This document shows positions 46,376 to 55,999 of a stretch of DNA of 64,000 nt, piece after piece. The notes beneath the pieces are model-generated. The model had not been told where the DNA came from and did no database searches. It was given only the letters and a program-made list of their open reading frames with translations. Numbering within the stretch: position 1 is the stretch's first letter; each line of letters opens with the position of its first letter. Origin of the DNA: Candidatus Nomurabacteria bacterium (GTDB lineage Bacteria > Patescibacteriota > Minisyncoccia > Phycocordibacterales > UBA5272); NCBI GenBank assembly GCA_028286645.1, contig JAQBRF010000002.1:58518-122517 (forward strand). Direction: 5' to 3'. Both the position numbers and the translations under genes were made by a program.

Positions 46376-47359
46376 ATGACCCCCATTATTCCAACAATAG
46401 ACAATGAGGAAACCAGGCACTTGGACAGCGCTCTTCGCCCTTCTAAATTTTCAGATTATATAGGTCAGGACACCATAAAAAATAATCTACACATACTTTT
46501 AACTGCCGCCCGCGAAAGAAATACTCCGCCGGAACACATACTTTTATACGGACCTCCCGGACTAGGGAAAACCACTCTTGCTCATTTAATAGCTAAAGAA
46601 TTAAATGCAAATTTGAAACTTTCAAGCGGCCCAGCTATTATGAAAGTCGGAGACTTGGCCGCGATTCTCACAAACCTTTCTCCTGGAGATATTTTATTTA
46701 TAGATGAAATACACCGCTTAAATAAAATGATAGAAGAAGTGCTTTACCCCGCGATGGAGTCTGGGAAACTCGATATCGTTATAGGCAAAGGTCCGGCGGC
46801 GCGCACTATTCAGCTTGATCTTCCGCCTTTTACATTAATAGGCGCCACAACTCGCATGTCTTTACTTTCCTCCCCTCTTCGCTCGCGCTTTTCGGGCGGA
46901 GTATATAGATTGCAATATTATACAGAAGATGAGATCGCGCAAATAGTAAAAAATAGCGCGAAGGTTTTAGGGGCAGAGCTACCACAGGACGCTGCACATG
47001 AAATTGCTAAGAGATCTAGGTTTACTCCGAGAATCGCTAACTATTATTTAAAAAGAGCAAGAGATTACGCCCAAGTGCATAAAGCAAATATTGACAAAGA
47101 AGTTGTAGACACGGCGCTGTCAATGCTTGAAATCGATGAGTTCGGCATAGGGGTGTCTGAAAGAATGGTGCTTGATGCTTTGGTAAACACTTTTAGCGGG
47201 GGGCCTGTTGGATTAAACACTTTATCGGCCGCAACCGGAGAAGAAGAAGATACGATAGAAGATGTAACTGAGCCGTATTTGATTCAAATAGGAATGCTGG
47301 AGAGAACCCCGCGAGGAAGAAAGGCGACAGATAAAGCAATTAAATATTTTAAAAAATGA
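46376..47359 (+). CDS. ruvB: Holliday junction helicase RuvB
   Basis: LRP, GPPGLGKTTLA, FIDEIHRL, EPYL, RTPRGR. Confidence 0.97.
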   Translation: MTPIIPTIDNEETRHLDSALRPSKFSDYIGQDTIKNNLHILLTAARERNTPPEHILLYGPPGLGKTTLAHLIAKELNANLKLSSGPAIMKVGDLAAILTNLSPGDILFIDEIHRLNKMIEEVLYPAMESGKLDIVIGKGPAARTIQLDLPPFTLIGATTRMSLLSSPLRSRFSGGVYRLQYYTEDEIAQIVKNSAKVLGAELPQDAAHEIAKRSRFTPRIANYYLKRARDYAQVHKANIDKEVVDTALSMLEIDEFGIGVSERMVLDALVNTFSGGPVGLNTLSAATGEEEDTIEDVTEPYLIQIGMLERTPRGRKATDKAIKYFKK

Positions 47360-47856
47360 GTTCTGTAAGAATTTTAGGTATTGATCCTGGATATGATCGA
47401 TTGGGTGTGTGTGTTTTAGATACTGAGCAAGGAAAAGAAACTTTGGTTTTTTCTACTTGCATTACCACTAGCAAGAAAGAATCCTTTGAGGAAAGGCTTT
47501 TAAAGGCAGGCGATGAGCTAGAAAACATAATAAAAGAATATTCTCCGAACGAAGTTTCAATTGAAAAGATTTTTTTCACCAGAAGCAAAACAACCGCGAT
47601 GCATGTGGCGCAAATCCGCGGAGTATGTATTTACTTAACTCAAAAACATAAACTACTTATGGCTGAGTACTCGCCTCCTGAAATAAAATTATCTGTTGCA
47701 GGGCATGGCGGCGCCTCTAAAGACGATGTCTCCTTTATGGTTTCGAGGATTTTAAAATTAGACCAGACAAAAAACAAAACCCTTGATGATGAAATGGATG
47801 CTATCGCTATCGCTCTTACCCATAGTTCTCACAGAAAAATGAAAGGCTGGAAATAG
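47356..47856 (+). CDS. ruvC: Crossover junction endodeoxyribonuclease RuvC
   Basis: ILGIDPG, IEKIFF, DDEMDAIAIA. Confidence 0.95.
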   Translation: MSSVRILGIDPGYDRLGVCVLDTEQGKETLVFSTCITTSKKESFEERLLKAGDELENIIKEYSPNEVSIEKIFFTRSKTTAMHVAQIRGVCIYLTQKHKLLMAEYSPPEIKLSVAGHGGASKDDVSFMVSRILKLDQTKNKTLDDEMDAIAIALTHSSHRKMKGWK

Positions 47857-47929
47857 TTTCATAAGGATTTTGGCTCTAGGGCTTGCACATATCTAAATAA
47901 GGTGATATCTTTTCATACATCACATTTGT

Positions 47930-48106
47930 ATGCTTATTGAAGACGATTCAAAAATACCTGCAGAAATAAACCCTGACGCTCTAGAAGAAGCCATGCTTGA
48001 TGACTTTTTAGTGGCAGAGGAGTCCGCCGTCATAGTTGTAGAGGAAGAAGACGAGCGAGAGGACGAACTTGATATTGCTTTTAAGGACGACGACGAGAGC
48101 TGGTAG
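47930..48106 (+). CDS. Small highly acidic protein (58 aa)
   Basis: Manual translation MLIEDDSKIPAEINPDALEE...FKDDDESW; below the ORF-track cutoff. Confidence 0.55.
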   Translation: MLIEDDSKIPAEINPDALEEAMLDDFLVAEESAVIVVEEEDEREDELDIAFKDDDESW

Positions 48107-48211
48107 GTCGACGAGTGAAGGCGAGGAAGATACTGAGGCCAGCAGGCCGAATGTAAAAAAATAAAACAAGAGCGGTGCCACAGGCGCCGCTCTTTTGTCT
48201 TTATTCTGTAA

Positions 48212-49405
48212 TTAATCCACGATCACTCGGACAAATCTCTTCTTTCCGATTTTTAAAGTTATATTCGTTGCTTTTTCTTTTGGGTCTGTAATTTCACCGC
48301 CAGCAATATTTGTGACAGCTTTTGCTTCTACGAGCCTTCTCCATTCTGACTTAGAAGGCACTACCGCGTTTTCAACCAAGATATCAACAAGCTCTTTATC
48401 TTTCGTGGTATGAATCTCTAAAATTTCATCAGGCACCCCGCCTTTTTGAAAAGCTTCTACCCATGAATTTTTTGCAAGCCCTGCTTCTTTTTCTCCGTGA
48501 TAAATAGTGACTACTTCTGTTCCTAATCTCATTTTTACATCTCTTGGGTTTGCCCCATCTTTTAATTCTTTTTCAATCTTTCTAATTTCTTCCAAGTCCA
48601 GATCTGTGCAAAGTGTGAAATATTTTATAATTAGATCATCCCTGATAGACATAATCTTTCCGAACATATCAAAAGGCTGATCCACTATTGTTATTACATT
48701 TCCCCACGAAGTAGACATTTTTCTGCCGTCCGTTCCTTCTAGCATAGAAAGGGTTATTATATTTTGCTTAGGCATTCCATAAACCTCTTGAATAACCCTG
48801 CCCGCCTTTAAGTTAAACAGCTGGTCAAAACCGCCGATTTCTACATCGGCCTTAACCGCCACTGAATCATATCCTTGCATGATTGGATATAAAAACTCCC
48901 GAAGAGAGATTTCTTTCCCTTGATCATATCTATCTTTGAAATTTCGTCGTGCGAGCATCTGCTGAACAGTGAATGATTCAGCGAGACTAGCAACATCAGA
49001 AAAAGTAAGCTTTGAAAGCCAGTCGTTATTATATAAGAATTCTATTTTAGATATATCTAAAATCTTTGAGATTTGATTTTTATAATCTTTTAGATTTTCG
49101 TCTATTTCAGACCGGGCAAGCATGGGGCGTTTATCGGACTTGTCCGATGCGTCTCCGACCTGCGCTGTGAAATCTCCCACGATAAACACTACTTGGTGCC
49201 CCAACTTTTGAAATTCACGGAGTTTTCTTATTGGGATAGCTCGCCCTAAGTGAATTTTCGGGCCAGTTGGATCTACTCCCAGCTTAATACGCAAAACTTT
49301 TCCAGACAAAAGCTCTTTTTTTAGTTCTTCTTTAACTATTACATCTTCTACTCCTCGAGAAAGAAGTTCGTCGATCCGCGCTTCATCCACAATGATTTTA
49401 TCCAT
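48212..49405 (-). CDS. tyrS: Tyrosine--tRNA ligase
   Basis: KLGVDPT..IHLG, GDFTA, YPIMQGYD, KMSTS, S4 domain. Confidence 0.97.
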   Translation of the reverse strand: MDKIIVDEARIDELLSRGVEDVIVKEELKKELLSGKVLRIKLGVDPTGPKIHLGRAIPIRKLREFQKLGHQVVFIVGDFTAQVGDASDKSDKRPMLARSEIDENLKDYKNQISKILDISKIEFLYNNDWLSKLTFSDVASLAESFTVQQMLARRNFKDRYDQGKEISLREFLYPIMQGYDSVAVKADVEIGGFDQLFNLKAGRVIQEVYGMPKQNIITLSMLEGTDGRKMSTSWGNVITIVDQPFDMFGKIMSIRDDLIIKYFTLCTDLDLEEIRKIEKELKDGANPRDVKMRLGTEVVTIYHGEKEAGLAKNSWVEAFQKGGVPDEILEIHTTKDKELVDILVENAVVPSKSEWRRLVEAKAVTNIAGGEITDPKEKATNITLKIGKKRFVRVIVD

Positions 49406-49459
49406 CTAAATATACTAACACGGGCGCCTTTTTTTTGAAATTATGGTACTATTTTGTTT

Positions 49460-51628
49460 ATGTCTGTAAACCCCTCATTACGAAAGAAAACTCTTCGAAA
49501 AAAACTTTTTCGAGAGTTTCTTTTGAGTTTTATTGCTTTAATGATAATCGTGCTTGCTCTGGGAATTTCATGGGTGGCGAATCTAGAGCTTCCTGATTTT
49601 AACAATTTCGAAAATAGGGCAGTTGCAAATTCAACGAAAATTTATGACAGAACCGGAAAAATAGTTCTTTATAGCATATATGACAATATAAAACGCACCC
49701 AAGTTCCAATTACCGAAGTCAGCCCTTATATAAAACAAGCCACTGTTTCTATTGAAGATTCAAGTTTTTATGAGCATCATGGCTTTAAAATCACCTCTTT
49801 TATAAGAGCAATGCTTGCAAATTTGCAAAGTGGGGGCTTTTCCCAGGGAGGGTCTACAATTACTCAGCAGGTGGTTAAAAATGCACTTCTTACTCGAGAT
49901 AAGACAATCAGCCGAAAGCTAAAAGAAATCGTTCTTTCTCTTAAACTTGATCGTCAGGTTCCTAAGGATATGATTTTACAGATATACTTAAATGAAAGCC
50001 CCTACGGAGGAACTATTTATGGCGTGGAAGAGGCCTCTATGACGTACTTCGGAAAACCTTCTAAGGATGTAACTTTAACGGAGGCAGCCTATCTTGCGGC
50101 CCTTCCCCAGTCTCCAACATACTATTCTCCTTTTGGTAAACACCAAGATGCTTTGGAAAAAAGAAAGAACTTAGTTTTAGAGAGAATGTATGAACTTGGA
50201 TACATAACAGAGGCTGAGAAAAACACTTCTCAAGCCGAAACAATTAAATTTGAAAAATCTGGAGAAAACACTGGCAAGGCACTTCACTTTGATATGTACA
50301 TAAGAGAATATCTGGAACAAAAGTATGGAACTGATATGGTGCAAAATGGTGGATTAAAAGTTATTTCAACCATTGATTACGAACTACAAAAGAAAATGGA
50401 AGCTGTTGTAAAGGAGGGGGCGCTCTTAAATGCAAAAACAGTTAATGCGTCAAACGCTGCACTTGTCGCAATTGATCCTAAAACAGGTGAAATCCTATCA
50501 ATGGTGGGGTCTCGCGATTTCTTTGATACAGAAATACAAGGACAGTACAATATAGCAACCGCGCTCCGCCAGCCGGGGTCTTCATTTAAGCCTTTTGTGT
50601 ATGCTGCGGCTTTAAATCTTGGCTACACCCCTGAAACCATACTGTTTGATGTGCCAACACAATTCAGCACTGCGTGTGATGCATATGGAAATCCGCTTGC
50701 TGGATCAAAAGCCTCTTCTTGTTATATGCCAAATAACTTTGACGACGCTTTTCGAGGACCGGTCTCCTTAAGAAGCGCGCTCGCTCAATCTCTAAACATT
50801 CCTTCCGTTAAACTTCTTTACTTGGTGGGACTAAATAAAGCAATATCACTTGCTCAAGACATGGGACTTTCAACAATTACAGACCCTTCTCGATACGGAC
50901 TTTCGTTAGTCCTTGGAGGCGGGGAAGTTACTTTGCTTGAATTAACAAATGCATATGGAGTATTTGCTAATAATGGAGTTTATTCAAAACCACAAGGAAT
51001 ACTAGAAATACGAGACAGAGACAATAACCTTTTAGAAAAATTTACACCTGAGCAAAAACAAGTTCTCCCCGAACCAGTCACTTCCGATATTTCAAGCATG
51101 TTGTCAGACTTCGAAGCACGACACACAACAAACCAGGCGTTTAAGTTCGGAGATAGGCCTGTGGCGCTCAAAACAGGTACTACAAACGACTATCGCGATG
51201 TTTGGGTAGTTGGATATACCCCCTCACTTGTAATTGGCATGTGGGCGGGAAATAACGACAACACTCCAATCGCTAAAAAAGTTTCCGGACTTGTCCTGGT
51301 TCCGATTTGGCATAAAGCTCTTGTCGAAGCTATGGGAACTTCTTCCATAGAATATTTCCCTGAGCCGTTACCAAATACTTCTACAAAACCAATACTTAGA
51401 GGAGACTACTGCGCCCCTGACGGAATTCATACCATCCTTCAGTATGTAAAGAAAAGTGATCCAGAGGGACCCGCTCCGGAGAATCCAGCCTCAGACCCTC
51501 AATATTCTCTTTGGGAAACAGGGTTGCAGAATTGGTTAGCAGCCAATCCTCTTTCTTGTGGAATGTCAAATACTCAAGAAAACACCACCCAGACAAATGT
51601 CGTTATCGCAACTACCACGGTGCAATAA
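49460..51628 (+). CDS. Bifunctional penicillin-binding protein (PBP1A family)
   Basis: EDSSFYEH.G, QGGSTITQQ, RQPGSSFKP, SLN, KTGTT. Confidence 0.95.
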   Translation: MSVNPSLRKKTLRKKLFREFLLSFIALMIIVLALGISWVANLELPDFNNFENRAVANSTKIYDRTGKIVLYSIYDNIKRTQVPITEVSPYIKQATVSIEDSSFYEHHGFKITSFIRAMLANLQSGGFSQGGSTITQQVVKNALLTRDKTISRKLKEIVLSLKLDRQVPKDMILQIYLNESPYGGTIYGVEEASMTYFGKPSKDVTLTEAAYLAALPQSPTYYSPFGKHQDALEKRKNLVLERMYELGYITEAEKNTSQAETIKFEKSGENTGKALHFDMYIREYLEQKYGTDMVQNGGLKVISTIDYELQKKMEAVVKEGALLNAKTVNASNAALVAIDPKTGEILSMVGSRDFFDTEIQGQYNIATALRQPGSSFKPFVYAAALNLGYTPETILFDVPTQFSTACDAYGNPLAGSKASSCYMPNNFDDAFRGPVSLRSALAQSLNIPSVKLLYLVGLNKAISLAQDMGLSTITDPSRYGLSLVLGGGEVTLLELTNAYGVFANNGVYSKPQGILEIRDRDNNLLEKFTPEQKQVLPEPVTSDISSMLSDFEARHTTNQAFKFGDRPVALKTGTTNDYRDVWVVGYTPSLVIGMWAGNNDNTPIAKKVSGLVLVPIWHKALVEAMGTSSIEYFPEPLPNTSTKPILRGDYCAPDGIHTILQYVKKSDPEGPAPENPASDPQYSLWETGLQNWLAANPLSCGMSNTQENTTQTNVVIATTTVQ

Positions 51629-51629
51629 A

Positions 51630-51860
51630 CTATTTAAGCGTAAACTTATTTTCTTCTAAGATTTTTTTTATACCCTTTTGGAAAAGCAGGCTTTTTTTAA
51701 CTGATGTCGTATTTAAACTTACCTCCTTTTTCGTTACTTGTATTTCCTCTTCTTTTAAAGATACGCCCGTCTTTTCTTTTATTTCATTAATTATTTGCTC
51801 CTTGGTCTTCTTTTGATTAATAAGAGCTTTTATATGCTTTTCAAATAGACCTAAATCCAT
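51630..51860 (-). CDS. Small hypothetical protein
   Basis: 76 aa ORF directly after dnaN. Confidence 0.55.
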   Translation of the reverse strand: MDLGLFEKHIKALINQKKTKEQIINEIKEKTGVSLKEEEIQVTKKEVSLNTTSVKKSLLFQKGIKKILEENKFTLK

Positions 51861-51861
51861 A

Positions 51862-52953
51862 CTATCTATTTAGTGGCATTAGAAGATAGGTTAAAGTTAC
51901 GTCTTCTTTCCCTTTTATAAACATGGGTCTGTTAGATGTGGTGAACAAGCAGTTTATATTGTCTCCTTTTATATGAGGAAAAATTTCCAAGAAGTATCGG
52001 TTGTTATATTTTACTTCAATATCTTCACCTTCTTTCTCTACATGGATGGTGTGGGTTATTTGACCAACGGATTCGTTTTTACTGTGCAAAGTAAGTTTAT
52101 CTCCTGTAAAAATACATTCTACTTGAGAATATTGTTCGTTAAAAAAGGTAGTAAGGGTTAGAGCTTTTTGTAATTCTTCTTTAGATAAAGACACCGTCGT
52201 TAGAAACTCTTTAGGAAAGAGTTGTTGATAGTCCGGAAACTGTCCTGTGGTCGTATGAATAGAAAGAGTAAGATTTGAAGATGAAACAGAAAGAATGCTT
52301 TCGTAAACAGAAAAACTTAAATCCCCTTCTTCCTCATTTAGGATTTGCAGTATATCCCCTATATGTTTTTGAGGAATCAAGAGAGAGCAGTCAAAAGATG
52401 TTTCGTTTGGGATAGTCTTTTCAACCAATCTATATGAATCTGTGGCAACAGAAAAAATAAGGTTATTTTTCGTATAAACATAAACAGAAGCAATTTCCGG
52501 TTTTATTTCGGTAGTTGCCGCAGCAAAAGAAACTTCTTTTAAGAGGGTGTTAATACTTTCTTTGGTCAGAGTCCCAATAGATTCTCCTTGATTAGGAAGT
52601 TTAGGGAAATCTTCATATGGGGTGGTTTTTATTTCAATAACCCCTTCTTCTGTGGTGATAGAAAAGACTCCTTCAATTAATTCACACATTAAAACAATGT
52701 CAGATGATTGAAAAGTTGATAAAATCCTTAAAAAGGTTTCCCCTAAAATAACACATGTTCCGTTTGTCATTCCTTTTACTGGAATACTTTTCTCACAAAA
52801 TATTTCAAGGTTTGTCGCTCTTAAACTTAACATGTGTCCGTCTAATTCAAGGTGTATATTTTGAAGATAATTTTGAGATTGTTTTTTACTTCTGGCGCGT
52901 GACACTTGTTGAACGGCTTTTATAAAGACATCTCCTTTGCATTCGAATTTCAT
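51862..52953 (-). CDS. dnaN: DNA polymerase III beta clamp
   Basis: ATNLE, DFPKLP, VATDSYRL, G.FPDY, YLLMPL. Confidence 0.95.
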   Translation of the reverse strand: MKFECKGDVFIKAVQQVSRARSKKQSQNYLQNIHLELDGHMLSLRATNLEIFCEKSIPVKGMTNGTCVILGETFLRILSTFQSSDIVLMCELIEGVFSITTEEGVIEIKTTPYEDFPKLPNQGESIGTLTKESINTLLKEVSFAAATTEIKPEIASVYVYTKNNLIFSVATDSYRLVEKTIPNETSFDCSLLIPQKHIGDILQILNEEEGDLSFSVYESILSVSSSNLTLSIHTTTGQFPDYQQLFPKEFLTTVSLSKEELQKALTLTTFFNEQYSQVECIFTGDKLTLHSKNESVGQITHTIHVEKEGEDIEVKYNNRYFLEIFPHIKGDNINCLFTTSNRPMFIKGKEDVTLTYLLMPLNR

Positions 52954-53271
52954 AAGGAAAGTATACCTTGTAGGTAAAAAACTGGATAGCTAAAAATTAA
53001 GTAAGCATCTGCCTCAGCTCCTAACTAAGGATATCTTCTGTAAGGTATATATAATATATGATATTAAGTATAGGTCTGTGGAGTGTGGGGATAAGGCACA
53101 AAATCCTTAATTTACAGTCTATTTTAGAAAATCTAGAATACATGAAATGAAAGGAATCGATGTATATTTTGTTTATAAAAACACAAAATCACTTAGATTT
53201 TCTTAATAAGAAACGCTTTATTCATGAGTTATTCTTTTGTTATCCACAAAGATTTCCACAACAAAAATAAA
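52954..53271. other. Probable replication origin (oriC)
   Basis: AT-rich dnaA-dnaN intergenic region; perfect DnaA box TTATCCACA at 53240-53248; near-boxes at ~53252 and ~53086. Confidence 0.7.
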
Positions 53272-54609
53272 TTAAGCAATCATTTGGCGGATATCTTCAA
53301 TTTCCCTGCTTAGCTGAGGATTATCTTTTAAAAGACCTTTTATTTTTTCATAAGAATGTATCACTGTCGTGTGGTCTCTCCCCCCTAGGCGGTCTCCTAT
53401 CATGGGGTATGAAATATCAAAATCTTCCCTAAGGAGATACATAACTATTTGTCGAGGCTTAACAACATCCTTCCTTCTGGTTTTGTTGTAAATGTATACG
53501 TCTGGAATATGGTAATAATCAGCGATAAGTTTAACAATTTCAGGAATTGAAATGCTTTTCTTTGCTCTTGCGCTATTTTTTAAGAGATTTTTTACATCAA
53601 GCAGGGTTATGGCTTGGTTTTTCATTTGAATGTGTCCGAAAATGGAGGTCATAACCCCCTCCAACTCTCTAATGTTTCCTTGAATTGATTCAGCAACGTA
53701 TTCAAGAACTTCCTGAGGGATTTTATCTCTATATTCTTTAGTCTTGGACTGTAAAATCGCAAGACGAGATTCAAAAGGCGGAACATTTATATCTACGATC
53801 ATCCCTTGGTTGAACCGAGAGCGCAGCCGGTCTTCTAGTCCTATGATTAAATTCGGATGAACATCTGAAGAAAATATAATCTGCTTATTCATCTCATAAA
53901 GAGAATTAAATAAATGGAACAACTCATCCTGAGTTCTCTCTTTTCCATTAATAAATTGGATATCGTCCATTATAAAAACATCATATTTGCGATATTTTTC
54001 CTTAAAGACATTTATCTTGTTTAAATTCGTGGCATTAACCATGTCCATATAAAATTTTTCAAGGGAAGTGTAAAAGATTTTTCGTTCAGGGTATTTCTTT
54101 TTAACTGTGTTTCCTATAGCCTGCATCATGTGGGTCTTTCCTAGTCCTGTAGGCCCATATACAAAAAGCGGATTATAAACGATCCCAAGGCCATTTATGA
54201 CTGCCTGAGATGATGCGTACGCAACTTCGTTAAAAGACCCGACTATAAAATTATCAAAAGTATATCGAGGGTTTAATCCGTCGTCTTTATTTACATATAA
54301 ATCCTGCAGTGGAAGAGTTTGTCCGGTAATGGCTATGTGCTGAGCCTTTTTTTGAAGTGTTTCTGGTTTTACAACTGTAAAAACAACCGACCTAACTCCT
54401 TCGTGTATCATCCGGAGTATACGGAGAATAAATTTATGATATTTTTGATTGAGCCAGTCCTTAACAAACTCATTAGGCACTCCTATCGTCACCTCCCCCT
54501 CTTTGTAATCTATAATTCTTGTGTTTTTAAACCAAGTATTGAAGTTAACTCTAGAAAGCTCAATCTCAATTTGAGACAAGGCACTATTCCAAAGCTGTTG
54601 GTAATCCAT
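53272..54609 (-). CDS. dnaA: Chromosomal replication initiator DnaA
   Basis: NPRYTFDNF, YNPLF.YG.TGLGKTH, DDIQF, GGRDHTTVIH; start reassigned to ATG at 54609. Confidence 0.98.
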   Translation of the reverse strand: MDYQQLWNSALSQIEIELSRVNFNTWFKNTRIIDYKEGEVTIGVPNEFVKDWLNQKYHKFILRILRMIHEGVRSVVFTVVKPETLQKKAQHIAITGQTLPLQDLYVNKDDGLNPRYTFDNFIVGSFNEVAYASSQAVINGLGIVYNPLFVYGPTGLGKTHMMQAIGNTVKKKYPERKIFYTSLEKFYMDMVNATNLNKINVFKEKYRKYDVFIMDDIQFINGKERTQDELFHLFNSLYEMNKQIIFSSDVHPNLIIGLEDRLRSRFNQGMIVDINVPPFESRLAILQSKTKEYRDKIPQEVLEYVAESIQGNIRELEGVMTSIFGHIQMKNQAITLLDVKNLLKNSARAKKSISIPEIVKLIADYYHIPDVYIYNKTRRKDVVKPRQIVMYLLREDFDISYPMIGDRLGGRDHTTVIHSYEKIKGLLKDNPQLSREIEDIRQMIA

Positions 54610-54819
54610 AATTCTCAAGTATACACATCAAAAACTTTGCCACAACTTGACGCGGCTCCAGATTGCAGACATAAGATATTAGATTCTAAACTTCTCTTAA
54701 AATCCGACAATTCAAACATTAAATTTCTTTCTTTTTTGTATTATCCGCCGTTTAAAATCTAAAGTCTGGACGCTGTCTAAGCGGTTGATTAATCTGTGTT
54801 TTCAGTGTAGAATGCTCCC

Positions 54820-54954
54820 ATGTCTGTAACATACCAACCAAAAAGAAAGAAGAGAGGAACCACTCACGGCTTCCTAGTCAGGATGCGTACAAAAGGAGGG
54901 AAAGCCATTATTTCTCGCCGCCGAAAAGATGGAAGGAAGAAGCTTTCTGTTTAA
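54820..54954 (+). CDS. rpmH: 50S ribosomal protein L34
   Basis: [44 protein letters not shown]. Confidence 0.95.
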   Translation: MSVTYQPKRKKRGTTHGFLVRMRTKGGKAIISRRRKDGRKKLSV

Positions 54955-54959
54955 TTTAC

Positions 54960-55274
54960 ATGATTCCGAAATCGGAACGTCTAACAAAGCAGGATTTTAA
55001 CGGGTTACGCCCAAAGATTATTTTTCGGGGCACATATGTTGATGTGGCTGTTTCAAAGAGCGAAGTAACTAAATTTGCATGCATTGTTTCAAAAAAAAGG
55101 ATAAAAAAAGCAACCGACAGAAATACAGCAAAGAGAAGAGTTTACTCAATCTTAAGAGATGTGAGGCCAAAGAATAATTTTTTCGTTCTTCTTTACCCCA
55201 AGCAAAATGCTATTTCGGGAGAATTTTTAAAGATAAAGGAAGAAATATCTCAAGCGTTTGATACAATAGATTAA
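54960..55274 (+). CDS. rnpA: Ribonuclease P protein component
   Basis: VSKK..KKATDRN..KRR; between rpmH and yidC. Confidence 0.88.
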   Translation: MIPKSERLTKQDFNGLRPKIIFRGTYVDVAVSKSEVTKFACIVSKKRIKKATDRNTAKRRVYSILRDVRPKNNFFVLLYPKQNAISGEFLKIKEEISQAFDTID

Positions 55275-55276
55275 CT

Positions 55277-55999
55277 ATGTTCCATACAATATTTTACGAA
55301 CCCATATATAACCTCCTTGCCACTATTTTAAACATAGTGCCTTTGCATGATGTCGGGCTAGGAATCGTGCTTATTACAATTGTAGTAAAAGTCATACTTT
55401 TGCCGCTGAATCTTTCTGCATTGCGGACTCAATATGTAATGAAAAGAATTGAGCCTGAAATGAATAAAATAAAAGAGCTTCAAAAGACCAGCCCTCAAGA
55501 AGCTTCAAAAAAGATGATGGAGCTTTACAAGAAAGAAAATGTAAACCCTTTTGCAAGCCTTCTTGTTTTTATTATTCAAATGCCAGTGCTTATAGCCCTC
55601 TACTTCGTTTGTAGGAACGGACTACATGCAGACCCGAACTCCTTGTATTCTTTTGTTACATTTCCGGAATCCCTACATACCGTCGCCTTCGGACTATTTG
55701 ATGTAACAAAGAAGAACATATACATAGCCGTTATTGCAGGGATTTCTTCATATATTTTAGCTCGCAGACAAACACAAAGCATGATTTCTAAGAAGGTGGG
55801 TAGCGGAGAATCCTTCCAAGATCAGCTTATGAAGTCAATGAGAGTGCAACTCTTATATGTTCTTCCTATAATTATTACATTTTCTGCGGCGGTACTGCCA
55901 GCAGCCCTAGGCCTTTATTGGGTGGTGAGCAATGTAATTAATTATTTACAAGATGTGTATACAAAAAGAAGACTGGCACATTTAAAACCGCTTGATTAA
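55277..55999 (+). CDS. yidC: YidC/Oxa1 membrane insertase
   Basis: TIVVKVILLPL, MELYK...NP, IQMPV, LGLYW. Confidence 0.92.
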   Translation: MFHTIFYEPIYNLLATILNIVPLHDVGLGIVLITIVVKVILLPLNLSALRTQYVMKRIEPEMNKIKELQKTSPQEASKKMMELYKKENVNPFASLLVFIIQMPVLIALYFVCRNGLHADPNSLYSFVTFPESLHTVAFGLFDVTKKNIYIAVIAGISSYILARRQTQSMISKKVGSGESFQDQLMKSMRVQLLYVLPIIITFSAAVLPAALGLYWVVSNVINYLQDVYTKRRLAHLKPLD

